A stretch of 46,820 bases of DNA from Treponema sp. (lineage in GTDB: Bacteria; Spirochaetota; Spirochaetia; Treponematales; Treponemataceae): contig JAHBAD010000045.1 of the NCBI GenBank assembly GCA_018385395.1, forward strand, positions 1 to 46,820, written 5' to 3'. The translations under genes were made by a program, and so were the position numbers. Of this stretch, positions 37,834 through 46,820 are shown in pieces (the stretch's first letter is position 1; each line of letters opens with the position of its first letter). The notes under the pieces are model-generated. The model made no database searches. It had not been told where the DNA came from and saw nothing but the letters and a program-made list of their open reading frames with translations.

Positions 37834-39482
37834 GTGATGAATTTCCACCAATGATAGGAAAATATAAAATTTCTGGTATAGTTGCAAAAGGCGGAATGGG
37901 AGTTGTGTATAAGGCAGTTCATCCGTCATTGAAACGTTATGTAGTAATAAAAAAATTTACAGCAAGAGGACGTGGTTCTTCTTCCAATGCAGAACGTTTC
38001 AAGCGGGAAGCTCAGATTCTTCTTGATTTGCAGAGTCCCTATATTGTTCATCTTTTTGATTATTTTACAGAAGATCGTTTCCGTTACATGGTAGAAGAAC
38101 TTGTGGACGGTATGTCCTGTGATAAATTTATTAAGAAACAGGTAATGCTTCCGGTTCCTTTAGCCATGCTTATTATGCAGGATGCCTGCTATGGGCTGAA
38201 ATATGCTCATTCAAAAAAAGTAATTCATCGTGATATAAAACCTGGTAATATTCTTATTTCACGTCGTGGTGAAATAAAGATTACAGATTTTGGCATTGCC
38301 AGTGATGAATCTGAAAGGGAAGATAATCTTACTAAGGAAGGAGTTGCTCTTGGAACTCCGGCTTATATGCCGCCTGAACAGTTTGAGGACAGTTCTTCGG
38401 TTGATGAACGGGCTGATATTTATGCACTTGGTATTTCTTTATATGAAATGATAACCGGAACCAAGCCGTATCCCGGGGAATTTACAAAAGAGAATATTGC
38501 TCTTATAAAAAAAGGAAAATATCTTAATCCACGTAAAATTAATAAAGAAATTCCAAAAGATGTTGAACGCCTGATTAACAAAATGATAAAGGCAAAGAAA
38601 AAAAGCAGAGCAAAATCAATTGATGCTGTTTTGAAAAATGTAAAAAAATTTCTTTCCCATTATGATACTCATGAATTGCGTGTTCAGCTTGCACGTGCAG
38701 TATCAATTGATAAAACATATAAATTTACGGATAAGCCTTTTGAACCTAAAGATAAAATAAGACGGATTGTGCGCCGGTCGGTTCTTTCTGTTTTCTGTGC
38801 AGGCATTGTTATTTTTTGCCTTATTCGTTCAGGTCTTGTTCATAGAACACTTCTTTCGCGGATTTATAGTCCTGTTGATGTTGAACTTGTTATGCCAGTT
38901 TCTGTTTTCAAATCCGGGAACCTTGATCTTCCGGCCAAGATCACATTCTATGAAAATGACGGAAATGAAATGCCGGAAGTAAGAAATTCAAGCCGTGAGT
39001 TCCGTCTGAAAGGTTCAGGCTTTATTCAAAAATTGATTAATGGAAAAAAAGAAAATGAAACTTCTTTAAAAAAATCTCGTAATGCAATTTATGAGGCTAA
39101 AACTGTTTTTCTGAAAAAAGGTGATTACCGTATGAAAGTTGTAGTTGGCCCTTATGTCAACTGGACAAGCTTTTCGGTTTCCGGTGAGAAAAAATTCATG
39201 AGAATGGATTTCCTTCATGATATGAAACGTCCTTTGAAAATTCATGAAACAGCATTGGATAAAAAAAATGGAAATGTTATTGAAAATGCAGAGTTCAAAA
39301 TTCTTTATGGTAATAAATGGAATTATTTAGATGAAATACCTGAAGGAAAATTGAACTCGGGAACTGTATGGAAAATAAAGGTCACTTCAGAAGGATATAA
39401 AGATGAAATTTTTTCACTTCTTATTGACTGGTACCAGGACGAGTTGTTTGTTACAGCGGTCCTGGACAAACTAGAAGAGTAG
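37830..39482 (+). CDS. Hanks-type Ser/Thr protein kinase with one TM and an extracytoplasmic C-domain
   Basis: AKGGMGVVY, VIKK, HRDIKPGN, DFG, GTPAYMPPE; hydrophobic segment SVLSVFCAGIVIFCLI. Confidence 0.94.
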   Translation: MSDEFPPMIGKYKISGIVAKGGMGVVYKAVHPSLKRYVVIKKFTARGRGSSSNAERFKREAQILLDLQSPYIVHLFDYFTEDRFRYMVEELVDGMSCDKFIKKQVMLPVPLAMLIMQDACYGLKYAHSKKVIHRDIKPGNILISRRGEIKITDFGIASDESEREDNLTKEGVALGTPAYMPPEQFEDSSSVDERADIYALGISLYEMITGTKPYPGEFTKENIALIKKGKYLNPRKINKEIPKDVERLINKMIKAKKKSRAKSIDAVLKNVKKFLSHYDTHELRVQLARAVSIDKTYKFTDKPFEPKDKIRRIVRRSVLSVFCAGIVIFCLIRSGLVHRTLLSRIYSPVDVELVMPVSVFKSGNLDLPAKITFYENDGNEMPEVRNSSREFRLKGSGFIQKLINGKKENETSLKKSRNAIYEAKTVFLKKGDYRMKVVVGPYVNWTSFSVSGEKKFMRMDFLHDMKRPLKIHETALDKKNGNVIENAEFKILYGNKWNYLDEIPEGKLNSGTVWKIKVTSEGYKDEIFSLLIDWYQDELFVTAVLDKLEE

Positions 39483-39487
39483 AAAAA

Positions 39488-40234
39488 TCAGAACGTTAAA
39501 GTACCTACAACAGTTTCATCTTCGCTGGAACTGTTGTTTTTGTTTTTAAAACGAGGACTGTCGGCTTCGTTATCGAAATATACTACAGTCTTTGCTTCAT
39601 TTTCATTTTTCTTTGTTTTTTTAACGGGTTTCTTTTTGGATGATGTCTTCTTTACTGTAATAAAGGAAACGAGGCTGCCGCATAATCCTCCTGCAAAACA
39701 GATGAAAAATGGTATGATGCCTTCTTTTATGCTTCCCATATTTGTAAAGAAGAAAACGATAATAAAAATAGTTGCAAAAACTGACGACAAGTTTATTGTT
39801 TTCTTTTTAATGGATGCCATTATATCCAGAATGATCAGAAGAAAGATTACAGGATCTGAACCGGCAAAAGATGTGTTTCCAAAACAGGCGAACAGTACAC
39901 CCGAGAATAAAACGCTTAAAAGAACCATTAAAGCTGTAAGGCCGGTTCCAAAATTCGTTTCAATTTCTGGCAGACGAAAGTTCATTATAGCCAGAAAAAT
40001 CCACATGTATATTTTTTTTGTTCCAAATACATAAAGAAAAACTCTGCACCAGCTGAGGGGATCTTTTAATGAAAAAGGAAAATTTCCTTTTATTGAGGTG
40101 GGGCTTGTGAAAATATTGTTTATTCCAAGGTTTGGGACAAATTTCTGGAGTAGAAATGCACAAACTGTAATAAAACTGAAAATAAGAAAAATAATTGGAT
40201 CAAAAGTTATTTTAATTTTGTTATTAGATGCCAT
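39488..40234 (-). CDS. Rhomboid-like membrane protein, apparently lacking catalytic residues
   Basis: About 6 TM segments; RVFLYVFG, IETNFGT, AGSDPVIF, FAGGLCGSL resemble rhomboid segments; Lys-rich tail. Confidence 0.6.
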   Translation of the reverse strand: MASNNKIKITFDPIIFLIFSFITVCAFLLQKFVPNLGINNIFTSPTSIKGNFPFSLKDPLSWCRVFLYVFGTKKIYMWIFLAIMNFRLPEIETNFGTGLTALMVLLSVLFSGVLFACFGNTSFAGSDPVIFLLIILDIMASIKKKTINLSSVFATIFIIVFFFTNMGSIKEGIIPFFICFAGGLCGSLVSFITVKKTSSKKKPVKKTKKNENEAKTVVYFDNEADSPRFKNKNNSSSEDETVVGTLTF

Positions 40235-40322
40235 AATTCTTATATCGGCAAAAAAAAGGTGACAAATCATTAAAATTTTTGGTAAAATATCTTTATTAAT
40301 GTTGTAAAAAAAGAGGGATTTT

Positions 40323-40685
40323 ATGATTATTCGTGAATCAGCCGAAATGTATCTTGAGACTATTCTTGTACTCTCAAAAAAAGGTCCTGTTCATGCGGTT
40401 GAAATTGCCAGATCACTTAATATTTCCAAACCATCTGTAAGTGTTGCAATTCATAATCTGGAATCCGAACATTATATTCTTATTGATGAAGAAGGACACA
40501 TTTCTCTTTTACCAAAAGGACGTGAAATTGCCGAACGCATTTATGAACGTCATACAGTCCTTACAGAATTCTTTGAAAAGATAGGTGTTTCTTCAGAAAA
40601 TGCCGTTGCAGATGCCTGTAAGATAGAACATGATATTTCAGATGAATCTTTTAATAGGGTTCGTGAATTGATAAAAAAATTATAA
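40323..40685 (+). CDS. DtxR/MntR family metal-dependent regulator
   Basis: ESAEMYLETI, SKPSVS, IYERH, DACKIEHDIS. Confidence 0.93.
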   Translation: MIIRESAEMYLETILVLSKKGPVHAVEIARSLNISKPSVSVAIHNLESEHYILIDEEGHISLLPKGREIAERIYERHTVLTEFFEKIGVSSENAVADACKIEHDISDESFNRVRELIKKL

Positions 40686-40707
40686 TTAATATTGAGGATC
40701 AGCAAAG

Positions 40708-41802
40708 ATGAACAACAGAATGGAAATTGGAGACCAGTTTGAAACAGAAATCGTACAGATTCAGAAAGATTATGTTTTCCTGGCTATGGACGCTAAAAGT
40801 GAAGGTGTGTGTGATACAGCAGATTTTCTTGATAAAGAAGGAAAGCTTACAGTAAAAGAAGGTGACAAAGTCAAAGTTTTCTTCACAGGATATATTAATG
40901 GAGAAATGCGTTTTACTGCAAAAATTGCGGGTGAAAAGGCAGATAAATCAATGATTGAAAATGCTTTTAACGCAAAAATCCCTGTAGATGGTCACGTTGA
41001 AAAAGAAATCAAGGGCGGATTCGAAGTAAAAATCGGATCTTCAAGAGCTTTCTGCCCTTATTCTCAGATGGGGTTCCGTCAGAAGGAAGAACCTTCTTTT
41101 TATGTTGGTCGCACAATGCCTTTCATCATTTTGGAATATAAAAATGATGGAAAAGACCTTACAGTTTCAAACAGAGTTCTTGGTGAACAGCAGTATGCTG
41201 AAAAACTGGACAGTCTTGCCCGCGAAATTACTCCTGGTAAAATTGTTGAGGGTGTTGTTGAATCGGTTCAGAGCTTTGGTGCTTTTGTAAATGTAAATGG
41301 ATTCAGAACACTTCTTCCAGTTTCCGAAATTCAGTATGACAGAGTTGAAGATATTAATTCTGTTATTGCTGTGGGACAGACAGTTAAAGCTCAGGTTATT
41401 AAGGCTGACTGGAAAAATGAAAAAGTTTCAATTTCTGTAAAGGCAATTCTTGAAGATCCATGGAAGGCTTCAGCAGAAGCTCTTAAGCTTGAAACAAAAT
41501 ATGATGGAAAAGTAGCCCGTGTTACAGACTTTGGAGTTTTCGTAAATCTTGTAAAAGGGGTTGATGGTCTTGTTCATATTTCAGAACTTGAAGGGGTTAA
41601 TAAAAATACAAATATCAAGAAACTTTATAAACCTGGTGATGAAATGTCAGTTGTAATCAAAGAAATGGATATTCAGAATAAACGCATTTCTCTGGTTCCT
41701 GCAAGTTCTGTAGAACAGGATTTAAGTGCAGCAAAATATTTAAGCTCTCAGAAGGATGATGACGATGATTCATATAATCCTTTTGCAGCTTTATTAAAAT
41801 AA
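40708..41802 (+). CDS. S1 RNA-binding protein (four S1 domains, ribosomal S1-like)
   Basis: KGGFEV...AFCPYSQ, FGAFV...LLPVSEI, FGVFV...DGLVHISEL repeats. Confidence 0.9.
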   Translation: MNNRMEIGDQFETEIVQIQKDYVFLAMDAKSEGVCDTADFLDKEGKLTVKEGDKVKVFFTGYINGEMRFTAKIAGEKADKSMIENAFNAKIPVDGHVEKEIKGGFEVKIGSSRAFCPYSQMGFRQKEEPSFYVGRTMPFIILEYKNDGKDLTVSNRVLGEQQYAEKLDSLAREITPGKIVEGVVESVQSFGAFVNVNGFRTLLPVSEIQYDRVEDINSVIAVGQTVKAQVIKADWKNEKVSISVKAILEDPWKASAEALKLETKYDGKVARVTDFGVFVNLVKGVDGLVHISELEGVNKNTNIKKLYKPGDEMSVVIKEMDIQNKRISLVPASSVEQDLSAAKYLSSQKDDDDDSYNPFAALLK

Positions 41803-41828
41803 AAAAAATCAAAAGTCGGAGAGAGTGT

Positions 41829-42935
41829 ATGCAGTTATCCCTTGGAAAAACAAATCACAGACAAGTTTGCACAATGTACAAACTTATCTATCAGAATCCA
41901 AACATCAATAGAAAAGTTATCTGTGATACCCTGGCAATTGACAGGGCTATGGTAACACATATCTATAATTATCTTGTTGAACATGGCTGGGTAATTGAAC
42001 AGGAATCAACTCTCAAAAGACTTCCTCTTGTTCTGAACGAAAACAAAATCTATGCTGCAGGTGTTGAAATTCAACCTGAATATCAGGTTCTTGTAATTAC
42101 AAATCTTCGCGGTAAGGTTTTGTTTGAAAAAAGATTTACTGAAGTTGTACGGGATATTGCAGGCTTCCTGAAGAATACAATTTCTCCTGCGATTGAATCA
42201 ATTGGCCTTACAGTTTCTGGTCTTGGCGTTGCACTTCCCGGCATTGTTGTTCCGTCAGAAAGAAAGATTCTCCGTTCTGTTCCTTTTGGTGCTGACGCAG
42301 AAGTTCAGCTTCCGGAAAATATTATCATCAACAACGAACCTGTTCCTCTTTTCCTTGATAATGATGTTCGTTGCTGGGGTTGGGGACGGGTTGCTTTTAA
42401 TAAAGAAACAGAACCTTTCTTTGTGTTCCTTCAGCATTTTATTGATTCTAAAGATAATCCTGATTTAATAAATCGAATTTCAGGTGGAAGTTCATATTTT
42501 GCAAACGGAAAACCTTGTATAGGTGCAAATAGTTGTGGCGGTGAGCTTCCTGGTATTTTCAGGATCGAAGAATTCCGTTCTCTTCATATCGGCGAAGATG
42601 AAAAGGAAACTCTGAAAAGCAACAAAGAAAATCAGGAAAAGTTTATAAAGAATTATGCACTTATAGTTTCTTTCCTCGCAACTGTGTTTGATGTAAAGAA
42701 AGTTTATCTTGCAGGTTTTGAAAATTTTGATAAAGCTTCGCTTATTCAGAAAATTGAAAAATATAGTTCTGAATACTGTTTATATCCTGAATTTCAGAAA
42801 CATGAAATCGTATTTGAAAATGATGACGCTACTAAGACTGCTTATGGCGCTTGTGGTTTAGTTTTTGAAGAACTTATTGTTAAACCTTGTGAAAACGAAT
42901 CCATAGACAGCAGGATTTTCCCTAAAAAAGCATAA
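41829..42935 (+). CDS. ROK family transcriptional regulator
   Basis: N-terminal wHTH, GVALPGIV, LDNDVR, GGELPG. Confidence 0.85.
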   Translation: MQLSLGKTNHRQVCTMYKLIYQNPNINRKVICDTLAIDRAMVTHIYNYLVEHGWVIEQESTLKRLPLVLNENKIYAAGVEIQPEYQVLVITNLRGKVLFEKRFTEVVRDIAGFLKNTISPAIESIGLTVSGLGVALPGIVVPSERKILRSVPFGADAEVQLPENIIINNEPVPLFLDNDVRCWGWGRVAFNKETEPFFVFLQHFIDSKDNPDLINRISGGSSYFANGKPCIGANSCGGELPGIFRIEEFRSLHIGEDEKETLKSNKENQEKFIKNYALIVSFLATVFDVKKVYLAGFENFDKASLIQKIEKYSSEYCLYPEFQKHEIVFENDDATKTAYGACGLVFEELIVKPCENESIDSRIFPKKA

Positions 42936-43085
42936 ATTTCTGTATTTTTTTTAATTTTTTTCATTTCTTTTTTCCTCTTTTGTTAAAAAAAACGCATATA
43001 TATAGTGCAGCGATTTATATGTTCTGCATTAGTTCCCGGCCGGAACAAAATTAAAGTGCGTCAGCACAGCAAAAGAGGTATTTTT

Positions 43086-43535
43086 ATGAACCAGTTGAAT
43101 TCGGTAATTGTTGAAGGAAATGTAGCAAAACAGCCGGTATCCAAAGAACCTGTTCCAGGTTTCAAAGTAGCAGATTTTACAATCGGAGTTAACCGTTATT
43201 CAAAAGATAAAAACGGTAACTGGAAGGAAGAAGTAAGTTTTATTCCTGTTCATGTTCAGAATAAAATGGCAGATTATGCAGTTGAAAAAGCGGTGAAAGG
43301 ACGTGGGGTTCGTGTTGTTGGAAGACTTAAACAGGAACGCTGGAAGACAGCCGAAGACAAATGGGATAGCCGCATGATGGTTGTTGCTGAACATATTGAA
43401 TATAAACCAATCAAGACTGAAAGCGAAACTGAAAGTGATGCTTCGGCCCGTGACTCTTCTGTAGCCGAAGAAATCAGAATGGCCGAAGCCGCTGCAGCTT
43501 CTTCCGAAGAACTTGCTGAAACTGCAGTATTTTAA
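43086..43535 (+). CDS. ssb: Single-stranded DNA-binding protein
   Basis: MNQLNSVIVEGN, KGRGVRVVGRLKQERW; GAGG RBS before ATG 43086. Confidence 0.92.
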   Translation: MNQLNSVIVEGNVAKQPVSKEPVPGFKVADFTIGVNRYSKDKNGNWKEEVSFIPVHVQNKMADYAVEKAVKGRGVRVVGRLKQERWKTAEDKWDSRMMVVAEHIEYKPIKTESETESDASARDSSVAEEIRMAEAAAASSEELAETAVF

Positions 43536-43538
43536 GGT

Positions 43539-45710
43539 CTAGCGCTTATTCTGCGGGTCACGATTAGGATCGCGGTCTCTGTAGAACCCGTCTTTCCAGT
43601 TGAAACGCGAAACGTCAGGTAAAGGCTGTGCTTTTGTCATGGAAGTTATAATTGCTTTTATCTGGCCGCGTGTAACTTTTGTTTTTGTAAAGTCGATAAG
43701 GATACGTTTGAATCCTGACTTGTTCAGGGGTTCAACCTTATCAACAATTGAGAATGGAGATTCAGGCATTACGAATGAACCGTCTTCTGTTGAGTTTACT
43801 TTGAAAAGAGAACCTTCCTTGTCTTCGAAGAATGTAAAGTCATAATCCGAAGGAAGTTTAAAACGCATTCTGAAAAGGGCAGGGTAAGCGAAAACCGGTA
43901 CAAGAACTCTTGAACGAACGTTCATGTCGAATGTTGCTTCAAGATTTTTGCGGGAGTTTTCGTAGGGCATTATGAATGCACCGATGTTCTGGTTTTCAAG
44001 GAAGGAAACAGCCCAGCGGTTAAATGTATAAAGGTATGGTCCTGCAATAAGATTTGTTTTTTTATCTTTAAGCATTTGAATATGTGCCAGGTTGTTAACG
44101 ACGAAGTTTGAGAATCCGTCTTCGATAAGAGTATTAAGTTCTTCATTGAGCTTATCTTCCTGTGTTGAAGCGCAGAATGGATCAAGTGAAATGTAAATCT
44201 GTTTCTTTGAGAACGGAAGAACTGTTTTGTGACCAAGAAGGTCTGCTTTTGTTTCGGAGTTATATTCCAATATAACTCTTACTGGGTGAAGTCCCTGAAT
44301 CTGGAAAAGATCGGGAATAGAAGAAACACTTGCGTAGATTCCTTCAGGGAAATAAACAAGTTCTTTCTGTGCTACAGGAGTAAGGTCGAGGATAGGAAGA
44401 GTTTCGTCACCCGGTTGTTTTCTGTAACGGCCAATGTCGTGTGGAAGTACATGAGGGTAACGTTTTGAACTTGATTTTGTCTGAAGCAGATAAACCGGGT
44501 CACCTTCTGTAAAGCCTGATGGAATATCAATCCAGCGTTCGCCAGAGTCTGAAAGTTCAACTGTACGGACTTTATGGCTCACGCGGCCTGAGTCGTCTTT
44601 TTTATGAAGACGGATTGAATCTCCCGGATCCGGATCATAGGAGCCCCCTGAAAGTACTGCAAGTGCAATACGGTAATCTTCAGGTGTGGCTTCTGCCGGA
44701 TTCTTTATCAAAGCCTGTTTCAATTCCTTTGGAGCAGGCTTTGTCTTTTTAATTTTTCCAAGGTAAATACCAGTTCCACCGGCCTGGTCTGGGTTCAGAA
44801 TTTTTGAACCGGCGTTTTTCACTCCTTCTTCGAGACTTTTAAAACCGTACCAGTACGTGGTTTTGCTTCTTGCAAAGTCACTTGCAAGCATACGGTGACC
44901 GGCTGCAATAGCACCTTTTTTGTCTTCTTTGTAATGATCCATTACATAGCGATAAGCAGAAACAACACTTCCAACATATTCAGCACTTTTCATGCGGCCT
45001 TCAATTTTGAAAGAGTCTACTCCTGCTTCTATAAGAGAAGGAATCTGGTCAATGAGTTCCAGGTCACAAGGTGAGAAGTAGTACCCCTGACGGATTCCGC
45101 CTGGAACTTCTGCTGTATAATAACGGCGGCAGGCTTGTGTACACATACCCCGGTTTGCAGACTTTCCACCAAGGAAACTAGAGAAAAGACAAAGTCCCGA
45201 TTCACTTACACAAAGAGCTCCGTGTACGAAAACTTCCAGGTCTGCACCAGTTTCTGTTTTTATTTTTCTGATTTCATCCAGTCCAAGTTCACGTGCAAGA
45301 ACAACACGTTTAAGACCTTCTTTCTGCAAAAGCTTTGTTGCATTTGAACTTTCAACGTTCATCTGTGTTGAAGCATGAAGTTCCAGATTAGGAAAAAATT
45401 CCTGACACATGCGGATTACGCCGAAATCCTGTACAATAAGTCCGTCTGGACCAACTTTGTTCAGGTATGAGAGGAAACGATAAAGGCGTTCAGTTTCTTT
45501 TTCTTCAGAGACTGTATTTACTGTTACATAGATTTTTTTATGCTGTCTGTGACATGATTCAACTGCAGCTTCAAACTGGTTCCATGCAAAGTTTGTTGTA
45601 CGAAGACGAGCATTAAAGCTTTTAAGTCCCATGTAAACAGCATCGGCACCTTCGCCGATTGCTGCGTCAAGTGATTCAATATTACCCGCAGGTGCTAAAA
45701 GTTCTGCCAT
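43539..45710 (-). CDS. U32 family protein (RlhA/TrhP-like Fe-S RNA hydroxylase)
   Basis: ELLAPAG, GADAVY, HASTQ, EVFVHGALC, NRGMCTQACR, KIEGRMKS. Confidence 0.9.
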   Translation of the reverse strand: MAELLAPAGNIESLDAAIGEGADAVYMGLKSFNARLRTTNFAWNQFEAAVESCHRQHKKIYVTVNTVSEEKETERLYRFLSYLNKVGPDGLIVQDFGVIRMCQEFFPNLELHASTQMNVESSNATKLLQKEGLKRVVLARELGLDEIRKIKTETGADLEVFVHGALCVSESGLCLFSSFLGGKSANRGMCTQACRRYYTAEVPGGIRQGYYFSPCDLELIDQIPSLIEAGVDSFKIEGRMKSAEYVGSVVSAYRYVMDHYKEDKKGAIAAGHRMLASDFARSKTTYWYGFKSLEEGVKNAGSKILNPDQAGGTGIYLGKIKKTKPAPKELKQALIKNPAEATPEDYRIALAVLSGGSYDPDPGDSIRLHKKDDSGRVSHKVRTVELSDSGERWIDIPSGFTEGDPVYLLQTKSSSKRYPHVLPHDIGRYRKQPGDETLPILDLTPVAQKELVYFPEGIYASVSSIPDLFQIQGLHPVRVILEYNSETKADLLGHKTVLPFSKKQIYISLDPFCASTQEDKLNEELNTLIEDGFSNFVVNNLAHIQMLKDKKTNLIAGPYLYTFNRWAVSFLENQNIGAFIMPYENSRKNLEATFDMNVRSRVLVPVFAYPALFRMRFKLPSDYDFTFFEDKEGSLFKVNSTEDGSFVMPESPFSIVDKVEPLNKSGFKRILIDFTKTKVTRGQIKAIITSMTKAQPLPDVSRFNWKDGFYRDRDPNRDPQNKR

Positions 45711-45731
45711 GGGGATATTGTAACAAAGAAA

Positions 45732-46820
45732 TTAAAAAAAGTCACAATACCCGGGAGTATAGTTTGCCGTTTTAAAGTAATCCCACTGGTTTTTATCCGA
45801 AGAAAGTGGCCATTCCAAAGTATCATTATTTTGGGCAGAAATAATTTCTGGAAGATTATTTCTCTGGAAATTGGCATTGTTTTCGAAACTGACAGCATCT
45901 TCAATGGTTGTTTCACCTTTCCAGACGCCGTCTTGAATACATCGTTTATGGGTTTCCTTAAAAATATCTTTTGTCCAGTCTGTTTTTCCAGTTTTCGAAT
46001 ATAAAATAGCCTGAAGTATTTTTCCATTATTTGAGTTTTCCAGAAATACTATATCCTGGCTTGCACCAAAACGGGCTTCAGTATTATCCAGGTAAAAATC
46101 CCATGACTGATTTGAAGCTCCTTCTGCCTGACATAAAGCTTTATCACCTGTTATTTCATCAATGCAAAGTTCTCCGTCCAGAGAATTCTTTCTATAGTGA
46201 ACTGTAATGAAATCGCCGGCATTAACATCAATTCCTGGAAAATCAAAAACTTTACTTTCGCCGTCATTACAGCTATAAATTTTGAGTCCTGAAAGATTTC
46301 CATCTGTAAGGGCATAAAATTCAATGAATTCGTAAATTTTGTGTTCTATTTTGCTTTTTGTATAACGTCTTGTTTCATCCATTATTTCTGTAAGGATTAG
46401 TTTTGGAATATGATTATTAAATCCGGTAAATCTGTATGAGAAGGTTAATGAAGACCCCCAATTGTTTTCAACTTCTCCAAGAAAGACATAATCTCTTCCA
46501 ATTTCGGTTCCGCCGGGAATATCTATGAAAACTGTACGTCCGTCTTCTGCTTTTGAATAAATTGTTTCGATTTTTTGTGATTCATCATCAAAATATTCAG
46601 TAATAGCTGAACTCAGAAGATTTACTTCTTCGGAAAATGTCATAGCAATACGATTTTCATCAAGTATTTCATATGATTCAAGAACCGGTACTTTGCAGTC
46701 TGTTCCTATTATTTCAAGTCCTGAAACACTTACCCGGCAGGAAAGAGGAAATACGGAAAGAAGCATACAAGCTGAAAGCCCAAGGGTTTCAAGTATAATA
46801 AAGATTAACCGTTTTGATTT
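45732..46820 (-). CDS. Lipoprotein with lamin-tail-like domain (5' end beyond the window)
   Basis: Frame is open to the window end (KSKRLIFIILETLGLSACMLLSVFPLS-C). LILTEIM...EFIEFY...GNLSGL and TPG motifs. Confidence 0.65.
   Translation of the reverse strand, partial: KSKRLIFIILETLGLSACMLLSVFPLSCRVSVSGLEIIGTDCKVPVLESYEILDENRIAMTFSEEVNLLSSAITEYFDDESQKIETIYSKAEDGRTVFIDIPGGTEIGRDYVFLGEVENNWGSSLTFSYRFTGFNNHIPKLILTEIMDETRRYTKSKIEHKIYEFIEFYALTDGNLSGLKIYSCNDGESKVFDFPGIDVNAGDFITVHYRKNSLDGELCIDEITGDKALCQAEGASNQSWDFYLDNTEARFGASQDIVFLENSNNGKILQAILYSKTGKTDWTKDIFKETHKRCIQDGVWKGETTIEDAVSFENNANFQRNNLPEIISAQNNDTLEWPLSSDKNQWDYFKTANYTPGYCDFF

Noticed and set aside
14974-45710. RlmM-like and RlhA-like genes (neighbouring 23S targets in E. 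coli) in one window
   Set aside because: They are about 28 kb apart in unrelated operons and their targets are unverified; likely coincidence.

Overview
Bacterial chromosomal window, most likely a gut/rumen Treponema (inferred from spirochaete-type lipoprotein signals and gene content). The housekeeping backbone is a complete rnfCDGEAB operon, metA, an RlmM-like methyltransferase, type III glutamine synthetase, glgP/glgX, an RND efflux operon, a CE2-type esterase, an FHA-phosphoesterase-Ser/Thr kinase module, MntR, S1, ROK, SSB and a U32 protein. Three type II PIN (VapC) TA pairs and a TA-flanked MITE are scattered through it. The most interesting region is a ~4.9 kb accessory island at 3.3-8.2 kb. 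It holds a type III R-M pair, a divergent XRE regulator with three GAC-N4-GTC boxes, and an unannotated type I toxin-antitoxin locus (29-aa hydrophobic peptide, fold-back mRNA, convergent antisense RNA with its own promoter and terminator). The island is bracketed by two outward-facing ~135-nt elements with different stem sequences but the same multibranch fold and junction motifs, rich in GNA mini-hairpins. No rRNA, tRNA or CRISPR array was seen. All calls are from reading the sequence by eye; no searches were run.
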